A stretch of DNA of 64,000 nucleotides, taken from Thermoleophilia bacterium (lineage in GTDB: Bacteria > Actinomycetota > Thermoleophilia > BMS3ABIN01). The notes beneath the pieces are model-generated. The model saw only the letters and a program-made list of their open reading frames with translations, was not told where the DNA came from and did no database searches. The position numbers and the translations under genes were made by a program. The DNA lies in contig JAGVMV010000046.1 of the NCBI GenBank assembly GCA_020053595.1, positions 197 through 64,196 on the forward strand, written 5' to 3'. Shown here one piece after another: positions 58,265-64,000 of the stretch (positions are counted from its first letter, which is position 1; each line of letters begins with the position of its first letter).

Positions 58265-58962
58265 TTTTCACCCGTTTCCAGTTTATAGCCAACACCGCGA
58301 ACCGTCTGGATATATTCCGGCCGGGCGGGATCATCCTCGATCTTTTTTCGCAGCTTGGCTACATGGACGTCGACCACCCGGGGGTCACCGTAATAATTAT
58401 CGCCCCAAACCTGTTCAAGCAGCTTCTCCCGGGTGAAAACCATTCCCGGCCGGGCGGCCAGGTGGCTGAGAATCTGGAACTCGCGCACTGTCAGGTCCAG
58501 TGGGCAACCGTCTATCGTAACCGAGTGGCGATTCTCATCGATCTCTATTAAACCCGCCCGCAGAAAAGACTTGCCCTGTCCTGATTCGGAACGCTGTCCC
58601 CGGCGTAGTATTGCCTTCACCCTTGCAACAAGCTCCCTGGGACTGAACGGCTTGGTCAGGTAATCGTCAGCACCCAACCCCAGGCCCAATAGCTTGTCGC
58701 CCTCTTCAGTGCGAGCTGTGAGCATTAAAATGTACGGATCACTTTCGGAGCGCAGGATGCGGCAGACTTCGAGCCCATCTACTTCCGGGATCATCAAATC
58801 CAGAACAACCAGATCCGGTTTTTCAGTACGCGCCAGTTTGAGAGCCGCCGCACCGTCAGCCGCTTCGATAACCTGAAAGCCCTCGCGATCCAGATAGGAT
58901 GCGACCAGCTTCCTGACACTCCGTTCATCATCAACGACCAGGATCTTCCTGCCAGCATTCAT
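58261..58962 (-). CDS. OmpR-family response regulator
   Basis: REC domain plus a winged-helix trans_reg_C domain. 4-nt overlap with the kinase. Confidence 0.88.
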   Translation of the reverse strand: MNAGRKILVVDDERSVRKLVASYLDREGFQVIEAADGAAALKLARTEKPDLVVLDLMIPEVDGLEVCRILRSESDPYILMLTARTEEGDKLLGLGLGADDYLTKPFSPRELVARVKAILRRGQRSESGQGKSFLRAGLIEIDENRHSVTIDGCPLDLTVREFQILSHLAARPGMVFTREKLLEQVWGDNYYGDPRVVDVHVAKLRKKIEDDPARPEYIQTVRGVGYKLETGEK

Positions 58963-58995
58963 TGAGTTAGTACGGATTTCAATTTACGCCGGAGA

Positions 58996-59553
58996 TTAGC
59001 GTAGCGACGCAGCCGGCTCTAAAAGGAAGGAGATAGCATCTACAAAATGCGGGATGTCTTCTTCGGCGCGCGCGGTCACCAGGTTATGGTCTACCACCAC
59101 TCCCTGGCTTAGAAATAAGGCGCCGGCTTCATCAAGCACATCCTTGATGTCAATTTCTCCGGTCACCCTCATGCCCGAAAGAAGCCCTCCCGCAGCCAAA
59201 ACAGCAACCGCATTGCTTACGGTACCGATGGGTTTTTTTAAGGAATTCATTTCTATCAGAAGAGTAAGTACACTTTCATCTGAAGTGAGTCTGGCAATAG
59301 GGTCGCTGCCCGTAATAATAATCGCATCCAGCGATACGGCGGCAACTGTCTTAAGTACTACGTCAGGTTTTAACAGGGACCCCTGGCGGCCGGCGACAGC
59401 TACAGCCTCTGTTTCACCAACGCCTATAACGACCACCCTGGCGTCTCGTTGCCGCAGTATCTGGGCTGCCTTTACCACCTGTGAGTCCTCAAAACCCGGA
59501 CCCGCGATCATTCCGATTGTTCTTCCCCTGAGATTCATATCACTCTCACTCAC
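58996..59553 (-). CDS. DJ-1/PfpI-family protein (nucleophile Cys replaced by Ser)
   Basis: DJ-1 fold motifs. The nucleophile elbow reads IGTVSNA instead of ICHGP. Confidence 0.65.
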   Translation of the reverse strand: MSESDMNLRGRTIGMIAGPGFEDSQVVKAAQILRQRDARVVVIGVGETEAVAVAGRQGSLLKPDVVLKTVAAVSLDAIIITGSDPIARLTSDESVLTLLIEMNSLKKPIGTVSNAVAVLAAGGLLSGMRVTGEIDIKDVLDEAGALFLSQGVVVDHNLVTARAEEDIPHFVDAISFLLEPAASLR

Positions 59554-59624
59554 GACTACCCCTCCATCTGGTATTTACCCGGTTCCTGGAGTGGTAAAAC
59601 GCCTGCCGCCTTACAGCTGTTCTA

Positions 59625-59909
59625 CTATTCTTGTTCTCTGCGTGTGAACGTTATCCTCGATTTTCCTGCCTCAGGGGTTGTGTTCTCAAGCCTTTTTTTC
59701 ATTGCCAGCAGCCATTTAGCCATTTCAGGCTGAAGGTCTTCGAAAACTTTGTAGTGCTGCAGGCCGCAGCCTTGTTTGTTGCTCAACTTCATATCCTGCG
59801 CTTCGAGAAGCCGCCAGTAGATGCAGCGTTCCCTGGTGCACCAGGCTTCGAGACCCTGTGCTTTATGTAACTGGCATGGCTCCCGCATCTTTTCATTTGA
59901 CTCTGCCAT
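59625..59909 (-). CDS. Hypothetical small Cys-containing protein
   Basis: 94-aa ORF with four Cys. No recognisable domain. Confidence 0.25.
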   Translation of the reverse strand: MAESNEKMREPCQLHKAQGLEAWCTRERCIYWRLLEAQDMKLSNKQGCGLQHYKVFEDLQPEMAKWLLAMKKRLENTTPEAGKSRITFTRREQE

Positions 59910-59944
59910 GATTACCTTTCATTGCTGGAAAAGCGTTGAATCTA

Positions 59945-59970
59945 GTTAGATTATAACAGCCATGGGGTAT
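59945..59970 (+). promoter_or_regulatory. Candidate SigB/SigF-type promoter (GTTAGA-N14-GGGTAT) upstream of the anti-sigma/sigma operon
   Basis: GGGTAT at 59965-59970 matches the -10 of general-stress/SigF-type promoters. A GTT-containing -35 element lies 14 nt upstream. Confidence 0.3.
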
Positions 59971-60041
59971 GAGATAACCAGAATAAGTTTATTTCGGCGT
60001 TATGCCTTTCCTGTATAATTGGTATCCGCGCTCAATTAATT

Positions 60042-60431
60042 ATGCCTGATATGATAAATGACACCGTCTGCATAACAGTCCCTCCGCATCAACGGATGTT
60101 GAAAGTGGTGCGCCTGGCGACGACGGCGGCAGCCAGTCAATCCGGCCTGAATCTTGATCAGGCGGATGATGTAAATACCGCCCTGGACGAGTTATTCCGT
60201 TTGTCTTTGTCTGAATCTGGCAGCAAGCGGACTTTTTGCCTCCACTACAATATTTGTGCCGATCGTCTGGAAGTTCTGGTGGAGGATATCCATGCCAGCA
60301 TTGGTGATAAAACCAGTAAAGTCGGCCGATACCGCCGCTTTATCATCGATAAGGTCGTCGACCGCTTCGAAGAACGCTCCAACACAAAGGGCGGCTTTGA
60401 CATCCTGCTGGTGAAGTTTATGAGCGACTAA
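60042..60431 (+). CDS. Putative anti-sigma factor, degenerate RsbW/UsfX-like
   Basis: 129 aa. N-box-like ADDVNTALDELF, with the G-box degenerated. Ends 12 nt before the sigma-factor gene. Confidence 0.4.
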   Translation: MPDMINDTVCITVPPHQRMLKVVRLATTAAASQSGLNLDQADDVNTALDELFRLSLSESGSKRTFCLHYNICADRLEVLVEDIHASIGDKTSKVGRYRRFIIDKVVDRFEERSNTKGGFDILLVKFMSD

Positions 60432-60442
60432 CCCGACAATTC

Positions 60443-61219
60443 TTGGCAAAAAGAACCCACACCACACTGAGCAGGGATGAGATCAATTCCCTGTTTCTCA
60501 ATTACAGGGACAACCGGGACTCCGAGATCAAGAACGTCCTGGTTGGCGCCTATATGGATCTGGTCCACTCACTGGCCCGACGCTTCGCAAACCGCGGAGA
60601 ACCCCTGGATGATTTGGTACAGGTAGCCTCCATGGGGCTCTTGAAGGCAATCGACAGGTTTGATCCCGAACGAAACGTGCAATTTACTACATATGCCGTT
60701 CCTACCATAATCGGCGAGCTGAGAAGGTATTTCCGGGACCGCTCATCGGCGATCAGAGTACCGAGAGGGCTGCGAGAGCGAAGCCATATGCTTAACACAG
60801 CTATTCAGAAGTTTTCACAGGAGAATGGACGATCTCCGAATGTAAGTGAGATTGCGTCGGTATTGGGTATAAGGGAGGAAGACGTCATCGAATGTCTGGA
60901 AAGTAACGAGGCTACAATGATAGCGTCTCTCGACACGACGAGCGAAGGCGGAGACCTGTCGCTGCTGGATATGATGGGCGGCGAGGACAAGACCCTCAAG
61001 TTGCTGGACGAGCGGCTTAGCCTGGCAGGAGCAATGTCGAATCTGGACTCACGGGAGCAAAACTTGCTTTACCTGCGTTTCATTGAAGGACTCAGCCAGA
61101 CAGAAATAGCTGACCGGTTGAATATCTCTCAAATGCATGTATCAAGGCTGCTGCGGCGATCGCTGCAATCTTTGCGCCAAAACCTGACCACTTCTTCCAG
61201 GGAGCCATACACATCTTGA
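60443..61219 (+). CDS. RNA polymerase sigma factor, SigB/SigF/SigG group
   Basis: TTG start. Region 2 (DLVQ...GLLKAIDRFD..), region 3, and a region-4 HTH (LSQTEIADRLNISQMHVSRL). Confidence 0.85.
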   Translation: MAKRTHTTLSRDEINSLFLNYRDNRDSEIKNVLVGAYMDLVHSLARRFANRGEPLDDLVQVASMGLLKAIDRFDPERNVQFTTYAVPTIIGELRRYFRDRSSAIRVPRGLRERSHMLNTAIQKFSQENGRSPNVSEIASVLGIREEDVIECLESNEATMIASLDTTSEGGDLSLLDMMGGEDKTLKLLDERLSLAGAMSNLDSREQNLLYLRFIEGLSQTEIADRLNISQMHVSRLLRRSLQSLRQNLTTSSREPYTS

Positions 61220-61650
61220 ATGCTTCAGCGATTACAGGAGAAAGATTGTTACATCTGATTGTGCCGGCGAAAGCTGAGTACCTGTCGCTGGTGCGGCTGG
61301 TCGTGGCATCAGTGGCCGGTGAAGTAGGCTTTACCGATGACAACGTAGCCGACATCAAGGTTGCGCTCTCCGAAGCTTCAACCAATGTCGTGAGACATGC
61401 ATATCCGGAAGATTGCGATCGCGAAAAAAAGACCGTCGAAATAAACTGCTATGAGGAACCTGGCCAGTTACGGATTGAAGTAATGGACCGTGGCCGGGGC
61501 ATACCACTTCCGCCACCGGCCACTGAGGGCCTCGGCCTGGGAATCATGGGTAGTCTGATGGATCAGGTGGACGTGGAAACAGGATCCACCGGCACCTCTG
61601 TTGTCCTGGTCAAGCGCCCTTCGACCGACCGTCACTCTTTCCACGCCTAA
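61216..61650 (+). CDS. Anti-sigma factor serine kinase (RsbW/SpoIIAB-like, HATPase)
   Basis: N-box ALSEASTNVVRHAY and G-boxes (DRGRGI, GLGLGIM). 4-nt overlap with the sigma gene. Confidence 0.8.
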   Translation: MNASAITGERLLHLIVPAKAEYLSLVRLVVASVAGEVGFTDDNVADIKVALSEASTNVVRHAYPEDCDREKKTVEINCYEEPGQLRIEVMDRGRGIPLPPPATEGLGLGIMGSLMDQVDVETGSTGTSVVLVKRPSTDRHSFHA

Positions 61651-61673
61651 TTTAAATATCTGCAGGTCTTGAA

Positions 61674-61759
61674 TGGTGCCCGAGGTGGGAATCGAACCCA
61701 CACACCCAAAGGGCGAGGGATTTTAAGTCCCTTGTGTCTACCAGTTCCACCACTCGGGC
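61674..61759 (-). tRNA. tRNA-Leu (anticodon UAA), class II with long variable arm, CCA encoded
   Basis: Reverse complement folds into a cloverleaf. 7-bp acceptor stem (GCCCGAG/CUCGGGC), anticodon loop CUUAAAA, T-loop GGUUCGAUUCC, 3' ACCA. Confidence 0.9.
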
Positions 61760-61806
61760 AATGAATCGCCAGCAAAGGTGATTATAGGTCCGGCGGCCAC
61801 TAATCG

Positions 61807-62727
61807 CTATATTGTTCCCGACTCCGCTGCCAGCGCCGCACCATCGAGAATATCACGCTCGCTGATCTGCAGTTCTTTGACGCCGGAATAACTTGCCAGC
61901 CTCTCCAAAATCAGTGCTCCGGCAACGATAACATCCGCTCTGCCTTTTTCCATCGTGGGAATTTCCAGTTTCTCCGCCAAGGTCATCGCCGCCAACCTGT
62001 GGAGGAGCTCGCCAATTCTGCCGGTAGACAAAACGTGCCCGTGAACACGGTCCCGATCGTAGATCGTGAGACCCAGGTCAATCGCGGCCAGCGAAGTTGC
62101 GGTACCGGCCACGGCAATTGTTTTACCCGACTTATTCCATGATCCAGGATCGAGCTCGCGCTTCAGGACCGATTCGATGAAACCGGCTGAATCTTCCAGC
62201 TCCTTGCTGTCAACAGGGTCACTATGTATAAAACGCTCAGTCAAGCGCACACAGCCTATATCCAGGCTTCGTATGAAATCAGCCTCTGCGTTTATCCCCG
62301 AAACGATTTCCGTGCTGCCGCCGCCGACGTCAAAAAGCATCACCCGATCATCATGGCCTATCCCAATGGTAGCACCGGCATAGGCCAGGCATGCTTCTTC
62401 CTCGCCCGAAAGCAGTTTCCAGTCAAAACCGCGGGATATTGCAAGTTTCCTCAGGAACTCTTCCCCGTCGATTGCTGCTCTAACCGAACTGGTGGCAAGT
62501 ATTATTACCCGATCGACTCCCAATTTTTCTATCTGCCCGGCATAATTATTAATGCATTCGTCCACCCGTTCACGGGCAGCCGGCAGCAGGTGACCGCCTG
62601 AATCCATCTTTTCACCAAGTCTGGTTACGGTTGTCAAACGTTTCAGCTCAGAAACCTGGCCATCTTTTACTTCCGCGACAAGCAGGCGCGTTGAGTTTGT
62701 TCCGGTATCAATTACAGCTAACCTCAT
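61807..62727 (-). CDS. ppx: Ppx/GppA-family exopolyphosphatase / guanosine pentaphosphate phosphohydrolase
   Basis: LAVIDTGTNSTRLLVAE and DVGGGSTE actin-like ATPase-fold motifs. Confidence 0.83.
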   Translation of the reverse strand: MRLAVIDTGTNSTRLLVAEVKDGQVSELKRLTTVTRLGEKMDSGGHLLPAARERVDECINNYAGQIEKLGVDRVIILATSSVRAAIDGEEFLRKLAISRGFDWKLLSGEEEACLAYAGATIGIGHDDRVMLFDVGGGSTEIVSGINAEADFIRSLDIGCVRLTERFIHSDPVDSKELEDSAGFIESVLKRELDPGSWNKSGKTIAVAGTATSLAAIDLGLTIYDRDRVHGHVLSTGRIGELLHRLAAMTLAEKLEIPTMEKGRADVIVAGALILERLASYSGVKELQISERDILDGAALAAESGTI

Positions 62728-63290
62728 CTCGGTGGCCCTGGTTCAGTCATCATGCTCTCCATTTTGATTTCAGCCATCCAGCTGGAGCATCTTTTATCCG
62801 GGCACCATAGGTTCCCGATTTTCTCAGCTATGGCCCGTCCCAGGAGGTAGTCCTGGTGAACAAGATAAAACGCCATCTGGGCATGCAGACATTTTAATAA
62901 ACGCGGTTGCCCGGACCCCGCGATGTAATTTTGAACCTTGTCGTCTCCCTCCCCGCAGGACCGAACCGCTGCCCGATACTCCTCAGCATGCTGCTTCTGC
63001 GCCCGTTTAGTGTCGGAATCCAGTTGCTGATCTGAAATCAGCAGGCGTTGGAGTTTATCGATATATCCCGAATCCTCAAGACGGGCCAGCTCGCGACGTA
63101 ACCAGGGGCAGGTGAGGTAATAGAGGTTTGGATTAGGTTCACCATAAGATGTGACAGGAAGATTTCTTACTACCGCAGGCCAGCCATATGCGCATTTCGC
63201 TGCAATCTGGAATTTGATGGCCGGCTGTCTTTTAAGCTGTCGTGCCACCAGCGCTTCCTGCTCAGCTATGGAAAAATCCTCGAGAGGCAA
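62724..63290 (-). CDS. DUF501-family protein
   Basis: 188 aa with conserved Cys/His. The gene order DivIC–DUF501–ppx matches the conserved actinobacterial arrangement. Confidence 0.5.
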   Translation of the reverse strand: MPLEDFSIAEQEALVARQLKRQPAIKFQIAAKCAYGWPAVVRNLPVTSYGEPNPNLYYLTCPWLRRELARLEDSGYIDKLQRLLISDQQLDSDTKRAQKQHAEEYRAAVRSCGEGDDKVQNYIAGSGQPRLLKCLHAQMAFYLVHQDYLLGRAIAEKIGNLWCPDKRCSSWMAEIKMESMMTEPGPPR

Positions 63291-63293
63291 TGT

Positions 63294-63704
63294 TCAGGGA
63301 AGCACTGATCCGATTGCTTCCATTACCCGTTCAACCAGGGAAGCGTCTTCGGCCGGGGCCACAGTCGTATTGCTCTCGCCCTCGTAGGTATTCAAATCCT
63401 TTACCACAAAAGGCTGCTCGCCGGGTTTAACCATTCCAAGATCCTTGCGGGCGACCTGCTCGACGTAATTATTGTTCTGCAGGCTGTCCTTTTCCTTCTG
63501 GAGCATATCCCGCTGGCTCCTGAGCTCATCAGTCACCGCCTGCTCACGTTGTATAGTACTGCTTTTCTCGAGGTATGTTCGTACCGGGGAAATATAACTT
63601 CCCAATATTAAAATAATTACACCGAGTACCATGAGCCGCCACCACCCGCGTCTCCGGGAAAGAAAGCCGACCATGCGTGGTGCCGCTGTTGCTCTCCTGT
63701 ACAA
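63294..63704 (-). CDS. Septum formation initiator FtsB/DivIC-like
   Basis: N-terminal TM helix followed by a coiled-coil (LRSQRDMLQKEKDSLQNN). Confidence 0.68.
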   Translation of the reverse strand: MYRRATAAPRMVGFLSRRRGWWRLMVLGVIILILGSYISPVRTYLEKSSTIQREQAVTDELRSQRDMLQKEKDSLQNNNYVEQVARKDLGMVKPGEQPFVVKDLNTYEGESNTTVAPAEDASLVERVMEAIGSVLP

Positions 63705-63814
63705 ATGTTTCTCCTGTCAGCCATTACCAATCAAGCTAAAATTTCGCCGCCAAGGCCTGCTTACCCTGCAAATATGTGTACCTTTTCGATAATATTTTCC
63801 CTGGCTGGCTGCAT

Positions 63815-64000
63815 TTACTCCATTTTATGAACCTTGATAAGATTGGTTGTGCCGGGCACATTGACCATGACGCCAGCGGTGATGACAATCTCGTCACTAG
63901 TTTCAGCCAGACCTGCCTCCTTCGCTGAAAGCATGGCCTGCGCGAACATATCATCCGTATCACGAGCGGGCGGCACAAGATATGGCTGAACGCCCCAGAC
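63815..64000 (-). CDS. pyk: Pyruvate kinase, C-terminal fragment (gene continues beyond window)
   Basis: Reverse-strand translation ends ..IVITAGVMVNVPGTTNLIKVHKME*, the conserved PK C-terminus. Confidence 0.72.
   Translation of the reverse strand, partial: VWGVQPYLVPPARDTDDMFAQAMLSAKEAGLAETSDEIVITAGVMVNVPGTTNLIKVHKME

Noticed and set aside
1-64000. CRISPR arrays, prophage blocks or toxin–antitoxin/defence islands
   Set aside because: No regularly spaced direct repeats, no integrase, phage structural, cas or restriction/helicase/nuclease gene clusters were found. The only mobile DNA is the IS1595-family remnant.

Overview
Roughly 60% GC bacterial chromosomal window, densely coded on both strands. 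The gene content (archaeal-type LeuCD, a FtsB/DivIC–DUF501–Ppx block, a sortase, a SigB/F-like sigma factor) looks Actinobacteria- or Chloroflexi-like, but this is inference only.

The window falls into four blocks.

1. Positions 1–15.4 kb are housekeeping: a MetE-like protein, a cysteine desulfurase, ileS, uspA, a lipoprotein, leuB/leuD/leuC plus a short LeuA/CimA-like synthase, and gatB/gatA/gatC.

2. Positions 15.5–25.1 kb hold a complete Wsp-like chemosensory operon with a c-di-GMP output, all on the minus strand. Reading in transcription order it contains:
- a CpsB-type Tyr-phosphatase and CheW;
- an MCP whose periplasmic sensor carries a CxxCH motif;
- a CheA-REC hybrid and CheB;
- a REC-GAF-GGDEF regulator and CheR-TPR.

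3. Positions 25.2–55.4 kb are a roughly 30 kb cell-surface glycan locus. It contains:
- a sortase and a PglC-like initiating phosphoglycosyltransferase;
- seven or eight glycosyltransferases (GT2, GT4 and a CgeB-like one);
- four class-I SAM methyltransferases, two with N-terminal zinc ribbons, plus a cobalamin-dependent radical-SAM enzyme;
- a Wzx flippase, three Wzy_C/O-antigen-ligase-family membrane proteins and a Wzc-type BY-kinase;
- a complete WbpA/B/E/D set for UDP-2,3-diacetamido-2,3-dideoxy-glucuronate;
- a second DegT aminotransferase and a membrane CapD/PglF-like dehydratase (bacillosamine-type branch);
- an internally deleted IS1595-family element with intact terminal inverted repeats.

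4. Positions 55.4–64 kb carry several small modules:
- an LPSTG sortase-substrate protein;
- a Met-rich secreted protein next to a two-component system whose kinase has a Met-rich periplasmic loop (Cu/Ag-like);
- a DJ-1 homologue;
- an anti-sigma / sigma(B/F-like) / RsbW module with a GGGTAT-type promoter;
- tRNA-Leu(UAA);
- Ppx/GppA–DUF501–FtsB/DivIC, and the 3' end of pyk.

No CRISPR array, prophage or recognisable defence system was seen.

The most interesting candidate system is the Wsp-like pathway with a putative heme-c chemoreceptor sitting next to a heavily methylated, di-N-acetylated-sugar glycan locus. That locus may be a general O-glycosylation system: PglC/PglF/PglE-like enzymes plus Wzy_C-family candidates for an O-oligosaccharyltransferase.
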